Under the pieces are notes generated by a model, which was not told the origin of the DNA, ran no database searches, and worked only from the letters and a program-made list of their open reading frames with translations. A DNA stretch of 64,000 bases from the human T2T-CHM13v2.0 reference genome, Homo sapiens: NCBI RefSeq assembly GCF_009914755.1, contig NC_060937.1; one strand, written 5' to 3'. Every line of letters begins with the position of its first letter. Position 1 is the first letter of the stretch. Both the position numbers and the translations under genes were made by a program. This document shows positions 1-14,570 of the stretch, piece after piece.

Positions 1-3000
1 AATTTGACTTCTGCTCCCCAAATGCTTAACTTCAGTCACTCTTTATGATCTGAGATACTACAGAAGATTACAAAGTATATAGTTAACTCCTCCTAATACT
101 AATGATGGGCAAAAGGTAAGTAGATACACCTGTGATTAAAAACACAGTAAGATACACCATGGGTAAGGAGATATACCAGTGATTAAAGGACATTTTAATT
201 CTTTCTTCACTTTTATTCTAAAGATTTTCATAAGAAATGTTTGCTGATTTCAACTCACATATTAATAGACATGTTGCTGACAAGTTGAATAACTTCAAAT
301 TAGGTTGTAAGAAAATGTTTAAAAAATGTTAAAAAAAAAAAAAAAAAAGCACTGTGACTAAATGAAGTTTAATATTCATGCCCTAATGATTAGATTGACC
401 ACTAACATGACATAGACATAGAGTGTCATGTGAAATAAAGATGGATCATATTAGGCAATGTGTATGTCCCTATAAAGTATTAATCTCTTATCACATTAAT
501 AAGAGTCTCACTATCTATTATGGTATTAAGACATTGAAGTAAAACAATTGAAGAATTTATTAAGTTAACTTTCTATATTGACTCACATGTTCAGTAACCA
601 AAAATAAATTTAGTCACATCTATATTAAAAAGTAGTTTGCTAAATCACAACTGTCACTTTATAATAGCAAATGCAAAAGTAATTGCAGAATAATGAGCGT
701 TAATTTTCTCAAAGCTAAATTACTCACTTTGTGTTTAAAATAATAAAGAAAATACTTAAGGGGCTTCTTTTCAAACAATTGTGTTTTACCATATCAATAA
801 ACACATTATCATTTATGCATGGAGATAATTTTCTGAGAAATAAGAGTCAAGATTAGTTCTAACAAATTAATAATCACTAATGTGTTTATTTTTAAAATGG
901 CATATTTAATTTTTATGTCACATTGCATTTCTTCATAGCCTTGATAACTTCATTTTTATTATGAAAGGCTTCATATTGCATGCACTGAAATGCATTTATT
1001 ATTTAAAATAGAAGAGCAAATTTTAAAGTAACATTTGTTGTATAAGCAATTTTATGAAGTAACTCGCCAATTATTCTTAGGTTAACACACTCTTTGCAAA
1101 GATCGCATATACGTCTTTAAAATCAACTAATTTAATCAAATCCATTTAAATTCAAGTAACATGCATTTTCTAAACACTGAAGAGTACAAAGATGATAAGA
1201 TTTTTCTCTTAAATAATTTCAGTTTGATAGTACAGATTAACCATATTTATAAAATTCTAAAATGAAAGATAAAATAATTGCTATTAATGATAAAAAATGA
1301 TTGTGAAACATCCAGATGAGATGTAGGAGAGATTCTAGACAAATAGCTGATTGATCTTTCATTTGAAGTATGACCAGGGTTGGTTGGTAGTCAGGAAAGT
1401 ATATTTAAAACAAAGAAAAACAACAAGAATTTTTTTTATTTCTAGGAAAAGCAAAAGTTATACCAAAGTGAAAAGGAAATAATATACTAACTGAAACAAA
1501 CAATATTTGCTAGTTAAGATTATGCTAAAACTGATTTATTGAATCACTTGAATACTGTTTAACCATATCACTAATCTACAATCAGAGGACAGTATATAAT
1601 GCTAAAATAAATAAGTCAAGATGTCACAACAATCACTTTTCTTTAGAAAGACGGTTATAAAGATCAGAAAAATAGCTATCAGAGTTAGTATTATTATCCT
1701 CGGGAGCATAATGGTTTAGAGGATGAACAATGATCACTTTTTATTATTAATCTTCCATACCACTTAATCTTTTTAATTTTTTAAATGCATGTATACTTTT
1801 ATTAAAATTTTACATAACAGAGAATAATTGAAGAAATAAGTGGCAGAAAGAAAAAGATTACACAACTAGAAACTCAAGAAAAAACTTTCAGAAAAATATC
1901 TAATACAAAGAAAAGAATAAAGAAAATTAAAGAGGCAAAAAACAAAATATTTAGAGGATCAATCCAGGTTGTTCATCATTTGATAAGGGGAGTTCCACAA
2001 TTATCAAATAAGTAATGCAGCTGGCCTAAAAAGAAGCATCTTAGGTAACACACATCAGAGTTCTCCAGGAAGGAGACCTTCAGAAATTCCACCAGGTTTT
2101 TTGTTTCTCGTTTTACATTTTGTAATATAAAGTCACTGATGATGCTCATATAGAAGTAATTCCTAAAGTGACTTAAAGATTAAAATATTAAAACAATTAA
2201 AATAATTTCATAAGATAAAACTAGAAATACTACCAAAAGCTACTATTTCAAGTATTTGACAAAGCAAAGAAGCTGAAACTGATGGCTAAATGAATTACCA
2301 GTGTCAGTAGTTGGGAAGATTTTTAGAGTGTGGGAAACTTAACCGTGAGTGTAGGCAGAGTGTGGGAAGTCAGGGAAGGGAGAATACAAATTTACAATAT
2401 ATTAGTGTAAATGTTACACTTTATTGAAGGAATGGGACTCATTATAGAGGAAATTACAAGAAGGCTTTCTCTTCCCATATCACTATCTTTAAACAGGTCT
2501 GTGGACTTACTTTATCCCAATTCAAGAAGAAATCTCAGGTAAATAGTATAGCTGTCTTTGTTGTGCTCAGGCATGAATTTATAGTGTTATTTTGAAAGAC
2601 TAAATATTCCAATCCAGTCTTGTAAATCAAAACACAGTCAATGTAAAATTCTCATTTCACCATTTTGTCTTTATTGAGTCTGGGAAACCTACAGTGGGAA
2701 GCTGGGGTGAGGTCAACATCTCTTTCTCTTGCCTCTTCTTAAGTCACACTCACTGGCTACTGCTTGGGCCCAGGGAGTGAAGTTGTAAGAATGAGAAAAG
2801 ATAACGTTTTATGTAAGCAGAGTTGTCATCAGACAATGTTATCCTCTGGCTGAGGCAACTGTCCAAAACCAACTCTGCCATTGGCCATGTGAGGTCCTGG
2901 GAAACCCACCCCTGATGGTACCCACCACAGCCTCCACTCCCATCCTCAGCCCCCATATCTGGCAAGATGCTTATGAATTGGCCTCAAGCCTTAGCTGCCA

Positions 3001-3182
3001 GAGGTCGTGCCTCTGTTACAGTTATCTCCAGTCATCTCCTTGGGTAAAATTCCTTTTAGTAAAGATAAATTCAACCATATTTTTTCTGCGAGGCCAACAT
3101 CTAGCCCACAGAAAACGTGACTGAACTTTTGCCCAGACTTCTGGAGATACTGAAGCATTTCACTCCTAAGGAAATATTTCTT

Positions 3183-3480
3183 GGCCAAGCACAGTAGCTC
3201 ACACCTGTAATCCCAGCACTTTGGGAGGACAAAGTGGGGGATCACCTGTGGTCAAGAGCTCAAGACTAGCCTGGCCAACATGGTGGAACCCCTGTCTCTA
3301 CTAAAATTCCCAAATTAGTTGGGTGTGGTGGCGGGCGCTTGTAATCCCAGCTACATGGGGGCTGAGGCATGGGAATTGCTTGAACCCAGGATGCCGAGGT
3401 TGCAGTGAACTGAGATCGCACCATTACACTCCGGCCTGGGCAACAGAGAAAGACCCTGTCACTAAATAAATAAATAAATA
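3183..3480 (+). mobile_element. Full-length Alu (AluS-type)
   Basis: GGCCAAGCACAGTAGCTCACACCTGTAATCCCAGCACTTTGGGAGG start, dimeric body, (TAAA)n tail; TSD AAATATTTCT at 3172-3181 and 3476-3485. Confidence 0.95.
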
Positions 3481-3689
3481 TTTCTGCACTCTCCAGCTCA
3501 AGCCAGTCTCTGGCCTTTAAGCTTTGAAAGCATGAATCAGGTCCAAGTCCCTACATATTACTCAACTACAACAACAAAAACAACAATAATAATAATAATA
3601 ATAGAACATACACCAAGCTCTCTGTGTATCTTCCTGAAAGCTCCCCTCGACTAATGCTTTCAGTACCTTCTCATTCCCCCTCCATGTCC

Positions 3690-4130
3690 ATTCTCTATCT
3701 GGTTCCAACCCTTCCTGTTTGCCCGTGGGATGGTTTGCCACAGCTTCCAGCCCTCTGGCTCTGGTTCTGTCTAGCACCATCAGCAGAAGAAAGTATGGAG
3801 GAAATAGTAGCTGAGGCATTGGTTATTCTGACCCTGTCCCTGCCAGGCTCTGGGTTAGCAGTGGCGCTGTTCCTGTCCTGAAGACCCAGCTCCTCCTGGA
3901 GGTCTGTCCTCAGCTACATCGCCACAGGTCTGGGTTCTGAAACCTCCATTTCTGTTTCCCTCTTTAGGTTCAGGGATGGTTATAGTTGCTCTGTTGCTCA
4001 CACCAGATGCTGCACGCTCCATTTTTGTTTTCCCTCAACCTTTCTACAACTTTATAAATAGTTCCCCTATTAAAATGTTGTTATTAAAACTCTGAGTGTG
4101 TTATCTGTTCCCTACTAGGACCTCGAATGT
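3690..4130 (+). mobile_element. Old ERVL-class solo LTR (LTR33/LTR41-like)
   Basis: 3' part resembles recalled LTR33 consensus (AGGGATGGTTATAGTTGCTCTGTTGCT...TTTATAAATAGTTCCCCTATTAAA...GAGTGTGTTATCTGTTCCCT); boundaries approximate. Confidence 0.6.
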
Positions 4131-4208
4131 TGTGCCTGGATTAACACGAGATGAGGCACCCTACTCTCCTATGCTACTCTCTAACATTTTGTACTATTCC
4201 ATTGATTG

Positions 4209-4373
4209 ATTTTTTTTTTTTCTTTGAGACAGGTTCTCACTCTGTCACTCAGGCTGGAGTGCTGTGGTGCAGTCTCAGCTCCACTGTAGTCTTGAACTCT
4301 TGGGCTCAGGCAGTCCTCCTTCCTTAGTCTTCTGAGTAGCTGGGATTACTGGCATGAGCCACCATGCCTGGCC
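4209..4373 (-). mobile_element. Alu monomer (FRAM or AluJ right arm)
   Basis: Poly-T, then GAGACAGGTTCTCACTCTGTCACTCAGGCTGGAGTG...CCACCATGCCTGGCC; a single arm of about 160 bp. Confidence 0.88.
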
Positions 4374-4673
4374 CTTACTAATCCACGATAATATGCCAAC
4401 TACTCTTTTTAAAAAATCATCATCAGTGTCTTATCAAATTTAATGAGAAATTATACTCTTATCTAACCTGAAAGTAGACGATGGGCCAATGCTGGAAGAG
4501 CCAGTTTTATAACTCTAAAAACACTTGGCAGAAGTGAGTTAGCACCTCAGCGAGAATGTGGCAAAAAAGAGAAAATAATGAGGTCTGAGGGAAGAAGAAA
4601 GGAATGAAATATTCAGGCAGGAAAATGAGGAGAAATATTTTTTCCTCTGAGATAACAGAAAAGTAAAAAGTTA

Positions 4674-4820
<147 letters not shown>

Positions 4821-5414
4821 AGAAAAGTGAAAAGTTATATGAACAGGGACAGAAAAAATGTTTAGGTAAAGAGCAAGACTGCAGAAAGACTCAATGTTGT
4901 CAGTAAAAGAGTGAAGTGGTTGCACGGCTCATCTGCTCCATGTGAGAAGGGATTGCAATGAAGACTTGGGAGAGTTAAATATTTTTGGAACATAGGCTGC
5001 TATAGTCAACTAGAGGTGAAGGAAGAAATTGCTGAACAGCTGTGAGGGCTGTAGAAGTCTCTCGCCCTACAGTATCACCACTTCCAAACACCTGCACATG
5101 CTTCACAGCCTTCTCTCATACACTGCATTTTAAAATCAAAAGTGATTTTTAGATAACAAGTAATTCTTACATTATTAAAATGAGAGAAAAAAGCTAGTTT
5201 ATTATTAACAATTCTTGAATCAAAGTTTCCTTTGTCTGCAAGTTACGTTAGTGGATTGTTACGGCAAATCTTGAAGTTGTTTTTCTTTAGTAAGGATCAA
5301 GCTATATTTTCAGATGTGAGATAAAACTGTTGCTGAAATGAACATTATAAGAAATGTTGCATAACTAAACATCTAAAAATAGTTTTCAAATTAAAAAAAA
5401 AACCAGTGAAATAG

Positions 5415-6013
<599 letters not shown>

Positions 6014-6157
6014 TGTTCAAATTTAAATCTAGTGAAAAATGTCCTTGAATCTAGGCAAACCCTTTAATGGAAACTTTTCCAAACGTTTACTTCTGCCATG
6101 TCCATTCACACATTTTTCAGTATGATGCATATATAAAACTGTGAATATTCTGAGATT

Positions 6158-6590
6158 TTACCCTTCTTGCAAGTTATCCAACCACAGATTTATGAATGAT
6201 GGCAGAAGATGAGACAGTTCTCTCACAACAATAACAGGAGACAGAATACCAGCATGTTTTGCATTGGTTCTCTAAGCCCCACTTTACCCAATTCAGTATG
6301 AAGATGGTCAGATGGCACATGCTGACACAATGAGTTTGATTACAGGAAAGAAACTCTAAGCTTAGGGAACCCACAGCTTTTATAACAGGAGGTACACCTG
6401 CTTCTTCTCTGCGGGGAGACATAACACAATCTCTAAGGCTCTAAGCCAACTTGGTCTTTGTTCTGGAGAAATACACTTGGCTTTCCAGGGCTTACTATGC
6501 AAATATCCTTCACGAGGTAGTCTAAAGGGCAGTCAGTGTCCCTACTTGTAAGATGTGCAGAATTGCAAGGAACACATGAATACAATAGCA
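6158..6590 (-). mobile_element. ERVL solo LTR (LTR40-like)
   Basis: Reverse strand resembles the recalled LTR40 5' end (TTCTGCACATCTT...CACTGACTGCC...AGGATATTTGCATAG); boundaries approximate. Confidence 0.6.
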
Positions 6591-9500
6591 TGTACTTATA
6601 TTTAACATAAATTTAGATTCACAATCCCCAGGATTTAAATCCCTGAATTTCTATCTAATCCAGAGCTTGCTTTTTATTATTGCTGTATTATATCCAGAAA
6701 AAATTAACCTTCTGATAGGAAGCTTCTATTTCTGAGATTCTGTGTCAGTGTGATTTTGACAATATAATGTTGTCCACTGCGAATTTACATTAATTTGGGT
6801 ATATAATCTGTGGTATTATTTTGAATACAAGTTTACTAATACAAGGTATTTAAAATGTTCATTGATAGGAATTCACATATTAAATTAGTTTCTTTGATTT
6901 TCATAACTCAGATTCTATAGTTATATGTCCAGAAAAAGTATGCATAATACTGTAAAATTTACATCAATTGGGATATATGACTATTTTGGTCATTTAAAAA
7001 ATGTTGCAGAGGACCACCAGGAAATTGTTACTGACTATATAACATCTGAGTTGAAAACTGATTAATGATGAAATACTTTTAGGAAATAGCTATATTAATA
7101 AGTTGCACATTTTAATGTATAGCGTGAACTCAAGAAAGATGATACAGGTCAAAGATAGAAACTTTGGGCTATCAATGTGGAGTTCAGTGGAAAAGAACAA
7201 GTAAATTTGTCCTGGTGCAATTTGCTGCTGAGCCTTCTGCCAGCTTCCCCCTACTCAACTAACGAAGACCTTTTAGGACTTGGGAGGATATTCTTAGTGA
7301 ACATAATTCAGCTGCTCCCAGCTTTAAGAAGAAAAACTCTACTTCCTTCAGCAGTCTGTTCCTTGAAGTAATTGCTACTTGCCTTTTTTCATCCTAGGAG
7401 TGGTTAAAACCCAAAAGTCAAAATTAAGTGTAGGCATAGGACACATTATCTAAGCTTTTGGTCCAAGGGACAGAGGCATCCTTGAGACTCAAAGGTGATG
7501 TCACCAAGTATGCCAGAGTGAGGTGGTCACATGGGTCAAAGCCTTAATTAAAACTGTCTCCTTGTTCATTGTGTCCTCACTATGTAACTTTTTCAGGAGC
7601 CTGTGACAGCCATAGGAACCAGATCAAAGATTCCCAAGACCTGCTAATACTTTTCCATCTCATTGCAATGAAAATGTCTCCTGCTTTAATCATAACCATA
7701 CCAGTTCAATCAATTGAAGTAAATCATTTATTTTGAATTGTATTTTACAATTATATAATAACTTTTTCTATACTTACAATACTCAGATTATATAGTAATA
7801 CTTCTGATGAAGCTAAAAATAATTTAAAGAGAACAAATGCAGAACTATAATCTCCTGGGAGGAAAATATTATTAATTTCATTGAAAATATTAGGTTTGAA
7901 GGGGGATTCTCATTCCTCAGGAACCCAAACAGAGCAGTCAAGGAAGGATATGGATCTCATGTTCCAAGAGACTCATGCGGTGGGGAGGCTCTTGACTTGG
8001 CAGCATGGAATTTTAAGGGGATAGAGACGAACACAGTCTAGAGGTGAGAGGGCAGGAGGGCACTCATGTGCTATGAGGGAGTTTTAAATGTGGAGGGAAT
8101 ATGAGCATTGGCATGTGTGGTGAACGTTGGGGATAGAAAGAGATGTCTAAAGAGGATTGTAAGCAGGTGCACTGGGTGCTGTCTTATGGAGGCCTCATTG
8201 CTGCTTTCTCAAGAGATCTTTCGTAAAGAACTGTCTACATTTTGAGTCTCTTTTTAGAGCCTCATGTACTTTTGCAAGGGATGCTAATTTAATGCTGGGT
8301 TGGATTAAAGGTGGCCCAGCTTAGACAAGAACTTAGAAGTTCTGTCATGTAATTATACTAATATACATGTGTAATTATAATAATCAGGTATGGAAAGAAG
8401 ATAGGAGTAAAACTCTCCTATAATATTTGACAATTATTTCAACAAATATAATGCTAATGGGTGGTTGAAAGCTTAGACTTACTGGTAGCTTTATAGAATT
8501 TTCAGTATATAATGAAATACACATACATAAATGGTTTGTACATTTTTGCTTTTCATTATTTCATATTTTGCCTTCTATAACATCAAATAATAACATATTA
8601 TGTTTTCCTCTTACAGAAGTAAAAAATTATTGTCATTGATTGAATGAAGCTAAGAATCCCAATCATAATAAATATTATTTAAAAATTCTAACTTCTTAAA
8701 ACATCTTCCTCTCAATCTCAGTTGGGCCTTAGTTTTCCTTCTTACTAAGTCACAAGGAATGTGGGTAAAATTTAGAAACTAAATATTTTCATGCCATAGA
8801 GCCAAACCTGTAGTCCTTTTAGAAGAATTATCTTGTCAGACTATTTTCCTTCTAACAGATTGGTTCCAGAAAGCAGGTTTCACCTTTAGCAATTTGAGGG
8901 GCAAGAAATACTTCATTTTCCCAATGAAGAGAGCATGGCATTATTTATCATTTCTGCAATGGCATAATTACTCAGCGTGGCAGCTATAGTTTATAGAACC
9001 ATACTACAGCTTGGATTTGTTTATTGGTTGCACTTTACACAGCTTTTCATCATCAAGTTTCATCCCTTAGCCACCGTGCTTTTGGGGTAATCAGTGGTCA
9101 GGTAAAATCACATACATGCAGAGTTGCTTTATTATAATGTATTAAAGGACTTCTGAACTTCTAAAATATGCACTAATATCTACTGTTGCTGTACTACAAC
9201 ATATTTACTGTAATTCATAAAATGAAATATGGCATTTCTACAGGCATTAGCAATAAAACCTCCATGAGCAGTCCATGATGAGACATATTTATTGATTTGG
9301 AATTATACGAAAGGTTTCTTTTTTGTTTACAGCCTCAACAAATTATACTAAATCCAAGGAGCAGTTGCTAAGTAATAATTAGGAGTGATGTACCACAATT
9401 TGGCTTTATTATACATGCTATTCTGAAATGAACATACAAATATATGTTCTCCTATCTTTCTATCTTAATCAGTATATATTTCCCCTCCTACAGCCTGTCC

Positions 9501-9885
9501 AAAGTGTCTAGGTTTCCTGAAACAGACACCAACGAATGAATTGTAGCCAATGGCATATATTTTCTTCCTGGACAGTATATTTTTCTTTTTACTGCTCTCT
9601 AATATGACATTGGTGTGGTAGACTGAAATACCTAGACTGAAGGTGTTGAATACTTTTCTCATTTGAGTGTATTTTAAACCATAAGCAGTATCTTCCTGGC
9701 GTCAGCCTAAAATTCATTCCACACACCCAACACTAAAAGTAAGTGCTAAGTAAAGGAGATCCAGCCACAGGAATTAGAAAAGAGAGGGACAGAGGCTGCA
9801 GCCAAACTTCCTTCACCACCTAATAGTCAAAAAGAAACTATATATCAGGTCTTTTTAAATCTATTCTTGAGAATCAATCCTATTT

Positions 9886-9906
9886 TCTTTTCTTTTTCTT
9901 TTTCTT

Positions 9907-9943
<37 letters not shown>

Positions 9944-10046
9944 AGATGTAGTCTCGCTCTGTCACCCAGGCTGGAGTGCAGTGGGGCAGTCTTGGCTCAC
10001 TGCAACCTCCGCCTCCCGGGCTCATGCCATTCTCCTGCCTCAGCCT
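9886..10046 (-). mobile_element. 5'-truncated Alu (AluY/Sc-like) with long T-rich tail
   Basis: About 55-nt T-rich tail and about 105 nt of right arm containing GCCATTCTCC; TSD GAAT(C/T)AATCCTATTT at 9871-9885 and 10047-10061. Confidence 0.92.
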
Positions 10047-12233
10047 GAATTAATCCTATTTCAAATTTCATACTTTCTTTTCCCCAGGCTAGAGCCATTA
10101 GCTGGGCTGCTTTGGGGGTCAGCAGTGTTGAGGATTCTGACTCTGAGACATTCCCGTGTCCATGCTCAGCCCTAGCTCTCAGGTATCCAAAACAGGGAGA
10201 AGGGACAAAGGAGAAAGCAAAATCTTCATGTGCTCCTTTGGTGGCAACGTGTCCCCAGCATCACTGTGACTAAACTGGTACGATTTAAAATGGTGGGCAT
10301 GGATTTCATCCCCCTTCATCTCTGAAGACACTTTAGATGGGAAGCTGAAACACCCATCTGCCTTCTCCAAGTGTTCAAACCCCTGACTCCTTCTCCGAGT
10401 TGAGACTCTCATTGGCCTGGCTGACATTGGACTATACCCATAGATTTGTCATTTTTCTAATTTTCCTGCTCCTCTCATGGAACTAGAAGAAGTTCTGAGG
10501 ATGTCTCTATATCACCAGAGGGCTTCAAAGAAATAAGAAGTGGTGGGAAGCATTTCCCATCTTCTTTTCAGTCACGTTACACCAATTTTCTTTCTAGCTC
10601 TCTTGTTGTGCACTGTTCTCCTGATCTTCCTCCCATTATAAACCAAAGGTAGGATGTCTCCTTGGTCACACATACACCTACGCCTATCTTGTAACTTTGG
10701 AGAATGGCTTTTGCTTCCACAGTGGCCCTAGAATAAGTCTATTGGAACAACGAGAAAGATCCAAGGAATGAGATGCCAGGAGTTTCTTCTGAAAGTACCC
10801 TGAATTTCTACCAGGATTCTTTTGGAGCTTACCTCACTTAGTTTTAGAAATGGTAACTCAAATCCTTTCCAGTTAAACAAAGGCAACCTATAGTAGCAAT
10901 AGATGTGTCATTCCCATAACAGCCTAGTCCTATTATTAACTTGACTGGAGGAAGACAAGGGTGTTGAAGATATTAAGGCAGTTTGCCTCCTCTTTGTGAC
11001 ACATAGATGAAGGTATCAGGTCTTAACTGCTGGTGACTACTTGTCATCTCTGTCTGTATTGTGGGGGGATTATTTCATTTGTTCCTAGCTGTTGCCGCGG
11101 TTCCTTATTTGTGTATCTAGCATTTACCTGTACATTATAAGAAATGGTGATTTAACTTGTACTGTCATAAATAAGCCCAGGAAAGCAAAAAAGTAAGATA
11201 GTAGATAAACAATGCATAGAAACATTTTCGAATATATAATCATGAGTTTCACAAAGATAATGCAAATAATAAATATTAAAGTACAGAGTATCTTAAGTCA
11301 TAAAGTGTGAGCACCTGAAGAAGAGTCAGCAATGATTCCGTTCTTCTTTCCCAACTTAAGCTGTTTCTGAGCCATTAGATAAATGACTCCTGTGACAGAT
11401 GTTTGGGGAAACAAATGTAGAACTAGAAAATACACAAGTCATGAGTACAAAAAAAAATCAATAGGACTTCATTCTTGACAAATATTGACAATATAATGCA
11501 GAGGTTAGCGATTTTTCTGTAATTCTGTTGATTCTGATTATCTTCAAATACTTGATGACAGGTCCTAAAGGAAGCCTTGAGGAAAAACAACGATAAAAGA
11601 GTGCATTTGATAGCAACAGGAGCAGGAGATGTTGACTATTCTAGTGGAGAACCTTCAGGAGATATTCCATTTTTATTTGATATTTGAAGAAAGGAAGACC
11701 AAAAGGGCAGGAATTTATACACTTAAAGTAGAAAACAGAATGTATTTGACTCCTATAGAATGAGAAAGATTGATTTGATAAAATATGACAGTCAGTACTA
11801 CTATCACACCCAACATTTAATGAGCAATTATTATAGGCAATGGACTGTTCTACGTAATCGTGAATGTATGAATGTATTTAACCTGAAAGCACAGGGAAGT
11901 AACAGATGTGGTAATAATACCAAGGCAGAAAATGGAACAGAAAGAATTGGCAATATAATAAAATATTAAAATAATATATAATTGCAAGTTTGTTTCCTAT
12001 CTTTAAAAGATAATGTACACCTACATGAGAAAAGCAAAATGCAAACTATTCTTATTAGCACATTATTATTTTTTACTCATTTACTTTTCAGCTGAATTGA
12101 AATGGATTGTTGGGCAAAACCTTTTTAATAGTAACTATTTGAAAATTAAGAAAATACTTTCTGACATAATAAATGAAAACTCTATAAAAGATAATCAAAT
12201 GTCTTGTAATCAAAGCAGAGACATTAGAACATT

Positions 12234-12346
12234 TAATGTAGATGACGGGTTGATGGGTGCAGCAAACCACCATGGCACGTGTATACCTATGTAACAAACC
12301 TGCATGTTCTGCACATGTATCCTAGAACTGAAAGTATAATAAAAAA
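12234..12346 (+). mobile_element. Very short 3' end of L1PA (L1PA7-like)
   Basis: TAATGTAGATGACGGGTTGATGGGTGCAGCAAACCACCATGGCACGTGTATACCTATGTAACAAACCTGC...AAAGTATAATAAAAAA matches the L1PA 3' UTR terminus. Confidence 0.9.
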
Positions 12347-13233
12347 TTTTTTTAAACCTGATTCCATTATTAGGAATAATTTGAATAGTTCAGTCACAAT
12401 CCATATGCTGGCCTCTGGTGTCTCAACTTGTCCTAGCAAAACTGTTGTTAATGCAGTATTATGTCAGTCCTTATATACTTATCCATCTCCAATCTGGAAA
12501 GACAATGCTTATATGTTTCCTTTTTAGTCCCCTAATTTCTCTTTATGACACAAATCTAGTTGGCAATATTAAAGATGAGGCTGATTCTCCTTTACTTATC
12601 TGGAATATGCTACCATTCCAGATAAGTAATAGTAAAATTACCATTTCTTCTTGCTAATCGAATGTCATTTTTGAACACAAAAGCCACTGGCTTTGGAGTA
12701 TAAAACATAAACATAAAATATATCATATACTATCTGTGAGGTTTTCATAAACTCATAAGATCTTTTTATATTTTTATATAAAAATGAAATACTTTACATT
12801 AAAATCGTTGAGATAATTAAATGAGAAAATGCTTGTCAATGTTATTAAAATGTAAAATTTTATTTTTCAAAGAAAGAAAATTGTCACTTTTGATTTGTGC
12901 TAAAAAATAACAGTAGAAGCCTGCTTTTAAATATTTTAAGTGTGCAATATCATATTACTTCCCATTTACTCTTTGCATTTCTAGACAGCCAAGTTTATTT
13001 TTTTTCTCAATTCAGTTTAAAATCAGAGGGAACAAAATTTAAAACATGATATAATATCAAGGTTAACATGCTAGCTATGTAATAAATGTAAAATTTGTCC
13101 AGAAATGCATTTGCTTTGAGAAACACAACCATGTGAAATTCCTAAATATTTTGGCCATATGGAAGATGATATCAGAAGAATAATATATTGTTCTCTGTAC
13201 ATCAAAGGAGGGGGATAATAAAAACTGTAGCTA

Positions 13234-13304
13234 TTAGGTTTGTATAAAAACAGTTACAGTGTTTTCCATTGCCAAAAACTGCAACTGCTTTTGCGCCAAC
13301 CTAA
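13234..13304. mobile_element. MADE1 (Hsmar1-derived mariner MITE)
   Basis: TTAGGTTTGTATAAAA...CTTTTGCGCCAACCTAA degenerate inverted repeats, flanked by TA on both sides. Confidence 0.85.
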
Positions 13305-13344
13305 TAATAAAAATATGGTTGAGTTTCTGTAGAATTCTGGCAAA

Positions 13345-13669
13345 GGATGAGCATCCTTAATCTGTAAACTAAAATGGTCCAAAATTCGAAATTTTGGGGG
13401 TGTCAATATGATGCCACAAGTGCAAAATTCTCACCTAACCTCATGCGATGTATCACAGCCAAAGCACAGGTGCACAAAACAGTTTATTCAGTGCTTTCAA
13501 GAGAAAATTAAAATTAACATGAGGCTACATGTAAATCAATTTTGTTTAGACTTGGGTCTCATTCCAAGATATCTCATTATGTATATGCAAATATTCCAAA
13601 ATTCAAAATAATCCTCAATCTGAAACATTTCAGGTCCCAAGCATTTTGATTAAGAAATACTCAACCTGT
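13345..13669 (+). mobile_element. Tigger4/MER46-family non-autonomous DNA transposon
   Basis: GGATGAGCATCCTTAATC...CCAAGATATCTCATTATGTATATGCAAATATTCCAAAAT...ATACTCAACCTGT, with recognisable terminal inverted repeats. Confidence 0.8.
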
Positions 13670-14109
13670 CCCTGTTTGGAAACAGTTCCCTCTAGATAGA
13701 CTAAACTGGCCTAACAGAGACAAAAGGTAATATCTGTTGCTGGACTTGAGAAAGAATAAATATTTACACACAAAAGTCAGGGCAACAGAAGATGACAAAA
13801 GCATTGAAATTAAATAAAATTATGCCCTTTTCTCTATGTAGCTCTTTGGCCAATTTGAATGATGAATACAAAGAGCCAATGACTGAATTCTAATTATATA
13901 TTTGATGATTAAGCTCAGATAGACTTGAAGACAGAAATTTCATAAGCATCATTTTGGCATTTGATTTTCTAATAGCATCTTCAAAATATTTTTATTCTTC
14001 ATAACTCCCAGAATTATTTTTTTTGGTAAATCTTCCATACGACTGCAACGTGCAAGCTATTTCTAACATTATCCATAGCTTTTCTATTCTTTTGGAGGAG
14101 AAAATATTC

Positions 14110-14112
<3 letters not shown>

Positions 14113-14157
<45 letters not shown>

Positions 14158-14191
14158 TATATGCACACACACATATACATACACACACACA
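14113..14191. repeat. (AT)17 followed by mixed CA/TA microsatellite
   Basis: Directly visible. Confidence 0.95.
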
Positions 14192-14342
14192 AGCTACCTG
14201 TATAGTTTATATATTCCAATTCTGCCCTATTAATCTATATATGTATGCACTAAGAAAATATGTAATTACTAGGACTGTAAACTGTATTTATATCAGATAA
14301 AATAGATAAACAATTCTATTAGTTTTGTTTTTCAAATATATC

Positions 14343-14539
14343 TGTGATTAAGCCATTTCCTCACGGCTGATAAAGACATACCTGAGACTGGCCAATTTAC
14401 AAAAGAAAGAGGTTTAAGTTGGACTCTCAGTTCCACGTGGCTAGGGAGGCCTTACAATCCTGGTGAAAGGCAAGGAGGAGCAAGTCACATTTTGCATGGA
14501 TGGCAGCAAGCAAAGAGAACTTCTGCAGAGAAACTCCCA

Positions 14540-14570
<31 letters not shown>

